Positions 47,264 through 56,021 of a stretch of DNA of 64,000 nt are shown here, in pieces. Below the pieces are notes generated by a model, which searched no databases, was not told where the DNA came from, and was given only the letters and a program-made list of their open reading frames with translations. The stretch comes from a virus, in the IMG/VR virus record IMGVR_UViG_3300045988_072133, positions 39,171-103,170 of that record. One strand, written 5' to 3'. Made by a program: the position numbers and the translations under genes. The first letter of the stretch is position 1; each line of letters opens with the position of its first letter.

Positions 47264-47927
47264 TACTATCATTAATCCTGATGGTTCTATAGATCTGTCT
47301 GCTGAAGGTTACAAAGGGATCGATCCTAAGAGTCATGGTATTCTTAATATCGATCAAAAAGCACTCCCCTTCCCTGCATCATTAACAAAACAATGGTGTA
47401 GCGCGAATAAGAACTATAGAGAGACTTGTGATATTGACACAATCATCAAGACTCTTAAAGCATGGGCACAAGATCCCAATATTAAATCTTGTAGTGTTGA
47501 CACTATTAATAGTTATATCACATTTAAGGAAATGCTAGACCGTCGTAAGATGAGTTTTGACGCATGGAGAGACATGGCAATTGATATTGTAGATCTTATC
47601 AATACAGCAAATGTTATTCTACGTGATGACCAGATATGTTATATTATGGGTCATGTAGAATTAATAACTGATATTGATGGAGTAGATCGCAAAGCACTTG
47701 CTACATCAGGTAAAAAGCTGAAGAAGATTTTTCCTGAGTCAATGCTCCCTATAGTATTATTTACTCGTATAGAACCTGGTCTTGAAGGAGATAACAAATA
47801 CTACTTCGAGACTAAGGCAAACCACAGTTCTGGCAAAACTCCTCTCGGAATGTTTAAGGATTTCTTAATCCCCAACTCTCTGAAATTGGTAGATCAAACA
47901 ATTCGGGAATATTATGATATGAAATAG
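47211..47927 (+). CDS. P-loop ATPase, AAA_24/Sak4-like (about 238 aa)
   Basis: N-terminal VVGIFGFSGDGKTTS (Walker A) followed by IDLSAEG (iD.E.G) and SVDTINSYI (Walker-B-like). Start taken at the ATG at 47211. Confidence 0.45.
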   Translation: MAKVVGIFGFSGDGKTTSTIINPDGSIDLSAEGYKGIDPKSHGILNIDQKALPFPASLTKQWCSANKNYRETCDIDTIIKTLKAWAQDPNIKSCSVDTINSYITFKEMLDRRKMSFDAWRDMAIDIVDLINTANVILRDDQICYIMGHVELITDIDGVDRKALATSGKKLKKIFPESMLPIVLFTRIEPGLEGDNKYYFETKANHSSGKTPLGMFKDFLIPNSLKLVDQTIREYYDMK

Positions 47928-47929
47928 CT

Positions 47930-48190
47930 ATGGTTAACATTCAGAAGATGCTTGAAAATTCCAAGAAGCCTTACTTAACTAAGTTAGGTACTTTGGAAAA
48001 GAAGAAAGCTGCATTTCTTGAAAAGATTGATTCTGATATAAAAGAAGTGACAGCTAGACTTGAATCTATAGATAGTGCAATCGAAGCTCTCAATGGCTCA
48101 CTGACTACTAAGATCAAGGAAGCTCCTGAGGAGCAAATTGTGGACCAAGAAATTGATCCTTTCGAAATTAAAGTAGATGACAATGAATAA
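47930..48190 (+). CDS. small coiled-coil protein (86 aa)
   Basis: Lys/Glu/Leu-rich helical ORF. Confidence 0.35.
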   Translation: MVNIQKMLENSKKPYLTKLGTLEKKKAAFLEKIDSDIKEVTARLESIDSAIEALNGSLTTKIKEAPEEQIVDQEIDPFEIKVDDNE

Positions 48191-49094
48191 GAAAGAACTC
48201 GTATTGATGGCTATTGCTGCAGGTAAGCCTGTTGCTGAAGGTAATGCATTTCCTGTGTACACTGGTGTGGTACCGATGAAAATTATTGCTATTAACCCTA
48301 ACAAGAAGGAGTTGGAAGCAATCTATGGAAGACCCTTTGAGAACGATCCTGAGTATCTCGGTGTAGATCCTCGAACTGGTATTAAGCGTCTTCGTATAGA
48401 TTTCATTGGTAAAACTATTCCTGAGAAATGTAATGGTATCGAGATGACTACTCGTATCACTACGTGGGTAAGTGATGCTGTTCAGTATAATGCTGACAAG
48501 TCTAAGGTTAAGGTAATTAATCCGTATGGACAAACAACATGGCTCACTAAGGAAGAATTCAAGGAGAAGCGTTTACCTGATAATGTGCCTGCATCCATGT
48601 TCCTAATGGAGGACCCCCGCCCGTGTCTCATAGGTGAGGAAAGACTTATGCGAATAGTGCAAGCCTCAGTAAATATTCCCAGAGTTGTAGCAGATTTTGC
48701 TACTGGGGAGCTTATCAAGAATAAAGCCGATGCTAGCTGTAGATTTGATACCCTCAAAGATATGATAGGCAAAGGAAACCTTGTTGAGCTGAAGAGTATT
48801 ATTCCGGCTATGAAGCTTTTCAAGATGGGTGCTGGAGCCAGAACTACGGATGATAATCGTGTCTATCAGGACTGGTTCATAGACTATCCTATGAAGGGAG
48901 GATCTAATGACATGAAGTATTATGATGCTGCCCTAAAGAAAGCTAAAGCCAATGGTGCTTATCCCAACACAGACTTTGGTGATATGCCTTATGAAGTTCA
49001 AGAATACGTAGTTAAACCTACGAACTTGAGAGCTGCAGTAGCAGAAGTACCTGTAGCAGTAGGTATGGATGATGACTTAGAAGCTGACTGGTAA
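48177..49094 (+). CDS. hypothetical replication-module protein (305 aa), possible ssDNA-binding or annealing protein
   Basis: Sits between the Sak4-like ATPase and the primase. No diagnostic motif; function guessed from position. Confidence 0.3.
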   Translation: MTMNKKELVLMAIAAGKPVAEGNAFPVYTGVVPMKIIAINPNKKELEAIYGRPFENDPEYLGVDPRTGIKRLRIDFIGKTIPEKCNGIEMTTRITTWVSDAVQYNADKSKVKVINPYGQTTWLTKEEFKEKRLPDNVPASMFLMEDPRPCLIGEERLMRIVQASVNIPRVVADFATGELIKNKADASCRFDTLKDMIGKGNLVELKSIIPAMKLFKMGAGARTTDDNRVYQDWFIDYPMKGGSNDMKYYDAALKKAKANGAYPNTDFGDMPYEVQEYVVKPTNLRAAVAEVPVAVGMDDDLEADW

Positions 49095-50131
49095 TGGCTA
49101 TAGCGAGAGGGAAAGTAGTTGATGTTAAAGAAGAGGTCTTTTCGAAAGTCTCTGAAAGCGATATCCTATATTTCTATCTCGGAATAACACATTTGCCAAT
49201 AGTAATTTGTAGCCCTTTGAGGAAGGATACTAATCCTTCCTTGGGGTTACATTACAACAAAAGTGGTCATATAGTATATAAGGATTTTGCTACTGGGGAA
49301 GGAGGATCTTTGTATACTCTCCTTATGAAAATACTTAATTTATCATTTGGAGAGCTTATGGAGAATATCTATTTAAACCTCGTAGAATCGACTAACTGCA
49401 CTACTAGTACTCCTATATTACAATATGATAGAAAGAGTACTAAATCGGCTAAAAAGCCCTCTGTCGTGGATATTCAGGTTGCCCTTAGACCTTGGAAGTC
49501 TTGGGACAGAGAATACTGGAGTTCTTATGGTATAACCAAAGAATTTCTTAAGTTCGGAAAAGTTTTTCCCGTAAGTCACATCTTCCTAATACGAGAAGAT
49601 GAGTCCTGTACTTCTGTACCAGCAGAAAAACATGCTTATGTATACATTGAAGAGAAAGATAACAAGATTTCTCTGAAAGTTTATCAGCCATTTAGTAAAG
49701 ACTATAAGTGGATAAATAAGCATACTTCTGATGTGTGGGATTTATGGCAACAGTTACCACTGACTGGAGATTACCTTATTATTACTAGCTCCCGAAAAGA
49801 TGCTTTGTGTATATGGTGTAATACAGGAATTCCTGCCTGTAGTCTTCAAGCAGAATCATATCTCCCTAAAGAAAGTGTTATCAATGAGTTAAAAGGTAGG
49901 TTCAAGAATATCTTTATACTCTATGATAATGATTTCAGTAAACCTGTGAATCATGGTAGGGAATATGGTAAAACTCTTGCTAGTACCTTCGGATTACCAC
50001 AGATTGAGCTGCCTGAAGAACTTGGTGCTAAAGATAGCTCTGATCTATATCAGTTACATGGTAGAGAAGTTTTAAGGGACACAATATTTAAATTAACTGG
50101 TTATGAACAAGATCAAACTTGCCCGTTTTGA
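49094..50131 (+). CDS. DnaG-like DNA primase (degenerate zinc-binding region plus TOPRIM), 345 aa
   Basis: N-terminal CSPLRKDTNPSLGLHYNKSGHIVYKDFATGEGGSLYTLLMKI parallels the DnaG zinc-binding region (CPFH.E.TPSF...CFGCG.GG..I.F). TOPRIM-like YLIITSSRKDAL ... ILYDNDFSKPVNHG. Confidence 0.55.
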   Translation: MAIARGKVVDVKEEVFSKVSESDILYFYLGITHLPIVICSPLRKDTNPSLGLHYNKSGHIVYKDFATGEGGSLYTLLMKILNLSFGELMENIYLNLVESTNCTTSTPILQYDRKSTKSAKKPSVVDIQVALRPWKSWDREYWSSYGITKEFLKFGKVFPVSHIFLIREDESCTSVPAEKHAYVYIEEKDNKISLKVYQPFSKDYKWINKHTSDVWDLWQQLPLTGDYLIITSSRKDALCIWCNTGIPACSLQAESYLPKESVINELKGRFKNIFILYDNDFSKPVNHGREYGKTLASTFGLPQIELPEELGAKDSSDLYQLHGREVLRDTIFKLTGYEQDQTCPF

Positions 50132-50345
50132 TGATCCGAAGTGGACATATAAGCAATTGTGTAAGTATGCTCTCAAGTATAGGAAAATGCTTGCTAGCAA
50201 GGCGATTTCTTATCGTAACAAAGATAAACTCGCAGAAGCAATAGAGGTAAATTATGTGTATGAAACTCTTTACCGGTACAATTCAATTCCCCGGTATTTA
50301 CTCATTAAGAGATTAAAAGAAGCTCAAAAGTTGTTGTACAAATAA
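50103..50345 (+). CDS. hypothetical protein (80 aa)
   Basis: ORF overlapping the primase 3' end. Confidence 0.3.
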   Translation: MNKIKLARFDDPKWTYKQLCKYALKYRKMLASKAISYRNKDKLAEAIEVNYVYETLYRYNSIPRYLLIKRLKEAQKLLYK

Positions 50346-50367
50346 AATCTAAGTAGGTATCATTCCT

Positions 50368-51126
50368 ATGTTCTATCTAAAAATTCGTTCTAAAAATCAC
50401 ACTGCGAATGGTCTTCGTAGAGTGATCAGGAGTACTAAAAGAGCCCTTCTGAGGCTTGGAAGCACAACTCCTACAGCGGTAGTTTTCCCGTATTTACGCC
50501 CAGGAACTGAGGTCCTTGAGCTGAACTCTGTAGACGCATGTAAAATCTCAGGTAACAAAACTTTGATGAAGCAAGCTTTTGATGAAGCACAAGTTACCTC
50601 CTCTGAATGGGGCCCTGTAAATGAAGAATGGGATAAATTCCCTGCGATCATTAAACATAACCATTCAAGTAAAGGGAATGGTATCTACTACATCAAAGAT
50701 CAAGAAGCTCTACGAGATTGGTTAGGATCTCATAATCCTGCTAATCACATCATAGAGAAGTATTACACGTACAACCGTGAATACCGACTTCATGTAACTA
50801 AGGATGGGTATTTCTATACCTGTCGGAAGATGCTTCGGAGAGATGCAGAAGAACGTTGGCATCGTCATGATAATAACAGTGTATGGATTGTCGAGGAAAA
50901 TCCTCAATTCGATAAACCTACTAACTGGGATGCTATCGTAGCAGAATGTGTCAAAGCCCTCAACGCTGTAGGATTAGATATTGCTGCTATTGATGTCAAA
51001 GTTCAATCTGCTGATAAAGGTCAGGATCCTAAGTTTATCATCCTGGAAACAAACAGTGCACCCTCGTTGGGTGAAAGAACCACAGAAGAATATATCAACA
51101 AGTTAACACAAATCGTAAATGCCTAA
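50368..51126 (+). CDS. ATP-grasp family ligase (RimK/glutathione-synthetase-like), 252 aa
   Basis: Blocks match the ATP-grasp pattern: SGNKTLMKQAFDEAQV; PAIIKHNHSSKGNGIYYIKDQEAL (P.V.K...GS.G.GV); IIEKYYTYNREYRLHV; AVGLDIAAIDV; FIILETNSAPSLGE (EvN..PG). Confidence 0.65.
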   Translation: MFYLKIRSKNHTANGLRRVIRSTKRALLRLGSTTPTAVVFPYLRPGTEVLELNSVDACKISGNKTLMKQAFDEAQVTSSEWGPVNEEWDKFPAIIKHNHSSKGNGIYYIKDQEALRDWLGSHNPANHIIEKYYTYNREYRLHVTKDGYFYTCRKMLRRDAEERWHRHDNNSVWIVEENPQFDKPTNWDAIVAECVKALNAVGLDIAAIDVKVQSADKGQDPKFIILETNSAPSLGERTTEEYINKLTQIVNA

Positions 51127-52102
51127 TACTATTCTTACAGGTACTGCTCTCTGCTGTGAGGCAGCAATTTCGGTGAAAGTGCTTAAGGGAGATGGGAGCA
51201 AATCCCCTTCGTATAACTACGAGCTACACAATAAGCCTTGCTTTGGAATATATTTTAACAGTGCTCCCAATAGCAATGGTCGAACTAAGACTTTAGTGGA
51301 TATCAAAGCAGATGTCTATCAATATATTGATCAAGACATGTTAGTTAAAAATCATGAAAATAACTACTGTTCTCTGGCTCCTGATCAACTGCATAAGTAC
51401 CACCGAGAGCTCGAATTTGTGTTCGCTAAGTATTCTTCTAAAGAAGATACGGGAGTAAAACTTTCTGTAGAGGAGACTACAAGGTTGTATGATATGGATC
51501 GATGCAAGGACGGAGTTCTTTGTCCTGCTATTAAGATCCATGTAGAAGCTAAGAAGATGAGTGCATATCAGTTTCTGTGTCTTCTTACTCTCATCAGATG
51601 TTCTTCTGAATATCCGAATGCTCTACTACTCAAAGAATGTTTTAACCTTCAAGAGAAAGGGTATTTCAGGGAGTTCTCTATCATGAGTCTCTTTGCTCTG
51701 CTGCAAAATCGTCTGCAATATTCTTACGACCAAGGACCTATACAGTGGGTAGAGGATAGCAGACACTATTTCTACAAACCCTCGTGTCTAGAATTCCTTC
51801 AGAAGAGAATAATGTGTAATTCTGCAGCTTATGTAGATACAAACTACAAGGTTCAGAATTTCTATGAAGTAGTTGAAAGAGGTCCTAGGAATAAGAGCAA
51901 ATTTGTTTTGCCCAAATACACAATGGGCGGAGGTGATGCGACTGGTAAAGAAAAGCTCTTTGATACGAATGCAATCATCACAACTATCTTTGATGGAGAC
52001 GTTCCAGAAGATCATGTAGAATGTTTTAAGAATATTCTAGCAGCTATCAAAGGCCAGTTTCCTAAACTGAAAGTGGACTATCCTCAAGAGTTAAAATCTT
52101 AG
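51119..52102 (+). CDS. hypothetical protein within the ligase cluster (327 aa)
   Basis: Cys-rich ORF between the ATP-grasp and GATase genes. No motif recognised. Confidence 0.4.
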   Translation: MPNTILTGTALCCEAAISVKVLKGDGSKSPSYNYELHNKPCFGIYFNSAPNSNGRTKTLVDIKADVYQYIDQDMLVKNHENNYCSLAPDQLHKYHRELEFVFAKYSSKEDTGVKLSVEETTRLYDMDRCKDGVLCPAIKIHVEAKKMSAYQFLCLLTLIRCSSEYPNALLLKECFNLQEKGYFREFSIMSLFALLQNRLQYSYDQGPIQWVEDSRHYFYKPSCLEFLQKRIMCNSAAYVDTNYKVQNFYEVVERGPRNKSKFVLPKYTMGGGDATGKEKLFDTNAIITTIFDGDVPEDHVECFKNILAAIKGQFPKLKVDYPQELKS

Positions 52103-52105
52103 TAT

Positions 52106-53077
52106 ATGACCTTAGAAGAAATCCAAAGGCTTAATGTAGGATTACTGAATTTGAGGGCAAATTATTCTGTAGTTCTAGTAAAGGATAACAAACTATGTCG
52201 TAGAACCTTTAAGAATAGCGATGCTTGCTTCTCAAGTTCGTGGGCCTATATAAAAAACTCAAACTCTCCCAAAGAGTATGATAAGGTTAGAATACGCATT
52301 AGTGCTTGTACGGATGCTAATATTAATATATTATTTGAGCAGGATAACCTAGTGTGCCTTAAGGAAGTTCAAGTTATAGAGTGGCTAGATCACCTGTGTG
52401 AAATATTTAGTAAATATAGTTTAACGTATAAAATTATACCAGCTACTATATATACAGGCTATGAGTATCATACAGGTGATGCTCTTAAAGGGATACACAT
52501 AGTAGTTAAAGCTCAAAATATTCCAGGATTCTATGTCAAATGGATAATGAGCTATGTCAGACTAATATATGAAAGTTCGACTTCGCTAGTGTTAAGAGAA
52601 ACTTTTACTCTGCGAAATCTTATTCCAGAGTTAAAATATCTCCCACTTCTATCAGCATTCATGTTTGTGAATACAACAGGAAGGGATACTCATGCGTTTA
52701 CTGCAATGGTAACACGAACAGCTATGCAGCCCAAAACATGCATATTTACTCCCAGAACGTTGAAGAGTATCCAAAAAGTAGTAAATGCACATAACTTTCC
52801 TGATCCTACTGTATACATAGATAAATGGCATGAGGAAGTATTTCTTCCTAGAAGCGTCTCTTATGAATCCGCTGAAAACCTAAGCTTTAGGGAAATGGCA
52901 AATAAGATATGGTACACTATATCACATACTGATGCACCTAAAACGAATGAGCTAGGACACTTTAGATTCAACGAGCCAATATATGTCAGAAAGTATGTAT
53001 TTCAGGATAAGATTCCTGAATCTATTGTAGATCTCTACAAAGCAATGTACAAAAAAATTTGTCCTTACATCAATTAG
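52106..53077 (+). CDS. hypothetical protein within the ligase cluster (323 aa)
   Basis: ORF with no recognised motif. Confidence 0.4.
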   Translation: MTLEEIQRLNVGLLNLRANYSVVLVKDNKLCRRTFKNSDACFSSSWAYIKNSNSPKEYDKVRIRISACTDANINILFEQDNLVCLKEVQVIEWLDHLCEIFSKYSLTYKIIPATIYTGYEYHTGDALKGIHIVVKAQNIPGFYVKWIMSYVRLIYESSTSLVLRETFTLRNLIPELKYLPLLSAFMFVNTTGRDTHAFTAMVTRTAMQPKTCIFTPRTLKSIQKVVNAHNFPDPTVYIDKWHEEVFLPRSVSYESAENLSFREMANKIWYTISHTDAPKTNELGHFRFNEPIYVRKYVFQDKIPESIVDLYKAMYKKICPYIN

Positions 53078-53081
53078 TTAC

Positions 53082-53714
53082 ATGAGAAAACCTATCAAAG
53101 TTTATGTTGTTGGCCATGATTGGTGCAACATCACAAGCTTTTTATTGTTTGACTTCGAGAAAGTTGATAATATTAAAGAAGCTGATATCGTAATGTTTAC
53201 GGGAGGAGAGGATATTAATCCTGCCCTTTATGGAGATGTTCCTCACCCCACAACTCATTTCTCGAACAGAGATGACATGGAGGTATTAGCTTTCAAAGAT
53301 GCTCCTAAAGAAGCCCTGCTTATTGGAGGCTGTAGAGGTGCTCAACTTTTAACAGCCCTCAGTGGTGGTAAGCTTTTCCAGCACGTTACTGGCCATAGTG
53401 GAAGTACTGGAGTTCATAATATTACAGCATCTGATAATCGCACAGTGAGGATTACCTCCTGTCATCATCAGATGATGAATCCCTATGATCTTCCTGAAGA
53501 AGACTATGAGCTGCTAGCCTGGTCTACTGTAAACCTGAGCTCAGCATATTGTATCGGAGCAGGTCCGGTAGAAGTTCCGCAAAACTTCAAAGAACCTGAG
53601 ATTGTCTATTATCCTAAGACACGTGCTTTATGCATTCAAGGACATCCCGAATGGATGCCTAAGGATCAACCTGTAATTGCATATATTAACGAACTTATTG
53701 AAAAGTATCTGTAA
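53082..53714 (+). CDS. class I glutamine amidotransferase-like / peptidase C26 (gamma-glutamyl hydrolase, PuuD-like), 210 aa
   Basis: FTGGEDINPALYG, nucleophile elbow LIGGCRGAQLL (G-x-C-R-G-x-Q) and SCHHQMM (HHQ), as in the PuuD/C26 family. Confidence 0.6.
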   Translation: MRKPIKVYVVGHDWCNITSFLLFDFEKVDNIKEADIVMFTGGEDINPALYGDVPHPTTHFSNRDDMEVLAFKDAPKEALLIGGCRGAQLLTALSGGKLFQHVTGHSGSTGVHNITASDNRTVRITSCHHQMMNPYDLPEEDYELLAWSTVNLSSAYCIGAGPVEVPQNFKEPEIVYYPKTRALCIQGHPEWMPKDQPVIAYINELIEKYL

Positions 53715-54517
53715 TGAAAATTAAAGAATTTTTAATCGGCTCAGATCCTGAGCTGTTCATCGTAGACAAATCTAAGGATAATAAGATTATCTCTTCCATT
53801 GGGTTGATTCCCGGTGTTAAGGGACATGCCTACAAACCTGCAGAGCTTCCTGAAGGATTTGGCCTGCAGATTGACAATATCCTCGCGGAGTTTAATATTC
53901 CTCCTACGTGTTATAAGGAGGATTTTATAGCTCACATGATGGTCATGAAAGACTATATTCGAGACTATGTGAAATCTAAGAATCCGAATTATGATATCTG
54001 TTGCAAAGCATCTGCTTTAGTAGATGAGGATCAACTCCAGAGTGATGAGGCAAAATTGTTTGGATGTTCACCAGATTACAATGCATGGCTGGGAGAGCAG
54101 AACCCTCGTCCCCAGGGAGATACTACAAATTTAAGAACGACGGGTTGTCATTTCCATATCGGATATGAGGGTCATGATCGTGACACTTCAATGGAATTAG
54201 TTCGCATTCTGGATTTGTTCCTTGGAGTGCCTTCAATTCTCATCGATGAGGATGATCGAAGACGACAGCTTTATGGTAAGGCAGGATGTTTCCGATTCAC
54301 TTCGTATGGTGTAGAATATCGAGTTATGTCCGGATACTTCATCAACTCCCCCAGGCTTATTGGATGGTGCTTTGATCAGATCCTGGCAGCTATTGAATTC
54401 CTGAACAACGGAGATTCAGTAGATGAAGATGCTGCAGATATTGTGGATGCTATTAACAATAACAACCGCAAAGCTGCAGAAGATTTAATTAAGAAGTATA
54501 AAATTAATTTAGTCTAA
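53714..54517 (+). CDS. glutamine-synthetase-fold amidoligase (GCS2/Amidoligase_2-like COOH-NH2 ligase), 267 aa
   Basis: LIGSDPELF (G.D.E), GCHFHIGYEG (H.H) and YGVEYRVMSG (E.R). These are the three catalytic-core signatures of YbdK/amidoligase-type carboxylate-amine ligases. Confidence 0.55.
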   Translation: MKIKEFLIGSDPELFIVDKSKDNKIISSIGLIPGVKGHAYKPAELPEGFGLQIDNILAEFNIPPTCYKEDFIAHMMVMKDYIRDYVKSKNPNYDICCKASALVDEDQLQSDEAKLFGCSPDYNAWLGEQNPRPQGDTTNLRTTGCHFHIGYEGHDRDTSMELVRILDLFLGVPSILIDEDDRRRQLYGKAGCFRFTSYGVEYRVMSGYFINSPRLIGWCFDQILAAIEFLNNGDSVDEDAADIVDAINNNNRKAAEDLIKKYKINLV

Positions 54518-54522
54518 GAATA

Positions 54523-56013
54523 ATGTGTGGAATATTTGGATTTGCTGGTAAACTCGGCAATCACGAATTTAATATTCTTAAGTTCTCTATACTTGGAGCA
54601 ATTAACGATAGCAGAGGGGGTGATTCTGCAGGAGCGTTTATTGATGGTAAATGTGAATGGGGTATCAGCGATGAGAAACTCTTTGCTAATTTTGCTACCA
54701 AGAATAAGTTTCTAAAGGGTTACAGAGGAGTATCAGTACAACACGCACTTGGTCATTGTAGGAAAGCATCTGTGGGAGCTAAAACCATCAAGGAAGCTCA
54801 GCCTGTATGTATTCCTAATGATGAGGATTCGAAGATCGACTTCGCAATGATTCATAATGGTACTCTTTTGAATCATAACGAACTGAAGAATAAGTATCTC
54901 GCAAAGGTGCCTGATCATTTTACTGACTCCCAAATATTCGCCAATGTGGTTTACTATCATGGCTTCAAAGTATTAGAGGAGTATGATGGTGCAGGAGCTT
55001 TTGCATTCGTAGATTACAGGAAGAAAATTCCTACATTCTACTTATTCAAGGGAGAGAGTCCTCAGTACAGAAGTAGTGTTACTTCATCTGAGGAACGTCC
55101 TCTTTTCTGGGTTAAGACTCCTGAAGGAATATGGTTTTCTTCAATTAAGGAATCTCTTGAACTCATAACCTACGGAGATTATGACATTGAAAGTGTTCCT
55201 GGGAATACCCTTATCATTATCCAGAACGGTCGTGTTATATCTACAAGAAAGTATGATCGTAGTGGCCGATTTCAGGTCAGTTATGGCTCGAAATACTATG
55301 CTAAAGACTACGATAGGGAAGACTACTATGGATATGGGTCATATGGCTACAAGAACACATCGGCGGGGGCGACGACTCCGAAGAAGAACGAAGAGGAGCC
55401 GTGGTTCAAGGTAGGAGATACTAAAACTTTCGAAGCTACAAGTATTGTAGCAGGTGAAGCAGAGGCCCGCTATGATTATGTCAATAGCAATAAGGTTATC
55501 TTCAAACCTGATGGACGTTATTATAAGGGCAAAGTCCTTATGAGTGGTCCCTACAGAATTTCAGAATACGGCTTCGAGAATACCTACTCGAATCTCGGAA
55601 CTGATGTTGTAGCACGTCCCAAGACATTCTATTTCTTCCAGGGCTTCCTGATGAAAGATGCTCTTTGCATGCATATAGCACGCAGAATCTATGAAATGGC
55701 TGGGGACAAGTTTAAGGATACTATGCTTCGGAAGTTAACTATGGGATGTTTCTATGATCCTGAGTTAAAGAAGTTCTACACTCGGAAAGGTAAGTTATTT
55801 ACAGGAACTTATCCTGTATATTTCACTCTTACCAATCGGGTATACAAGATTCAGCGTGGAGAGATTTATCAATACACAGAGTCTTATAATCCGAATTCCT
55901 GTAGTGTATGGAAAACGTACTGTCCACAGTATGAGGGTCCGGAGGTTCCGGTAAAGTTCGCTAACTTGATTGAAAAGTCAGCTAAGAAGATCATGTCTAT
56001 TTACAACGTTTAA
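54523..56013 (+). CDS. class II (Ntn-type) glutamine amidotransferase domain protein with unknown C-terminal domain (496 aa)
   Basis: N-terminus MCGIFGFAG is the canonical Cys1 nucleophile start of GAT-II enzymes (AsnB MCGIFG, GlmS MCGIVG). DSRGGDSAGA follows. No asparagine-synthetase PP-loop seen in the C-terminus. Confidence 0.6.
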   Translation: MCGIFGFAGKLGNHEFNILKFSILGAINDSRGGDSAGAFIDGKCEWGISDEKLFANFATKNKFLKGYRGVSVQHALGHCRKASVGAKTIKEAQPVCIPNDEDSKIDFAMIHNGTLLNHNELKNKYLAKVPDHFTDSQIFANVVYYHGFKVLEEYDGAGAFAFVDYRKKIPTFYLFKGESPQYRSSVTSSEERPLFWVKTPEGIWFSSIKESLELITYGDYDIESVPGNTLIIIQNGRVISTRKYDRSGRFQVSYGSKYYAKDYDREDYYGYGSYGYKNTSAGATTPKKNEEEPWFKVGDTKTFEATSIVAGEAEARYDYVNSNKVIFKPDGRYYKGKVLMSGPYRISEYGFENTYSNLGTDVVARPKTFYFFQGFLMKDALCMHIARRIYEMAGDKFKDTMLRKLTMGCFYDPELKKFYTRKGKLFTGTYPVYFTLTNRVYKIQRGEIYQYTESYNPNSCSVWKTYCPQYEGPEVPVKFANLIEKSAKKIMSIYNV

Positions 56014-56021
56014 CATTAGTA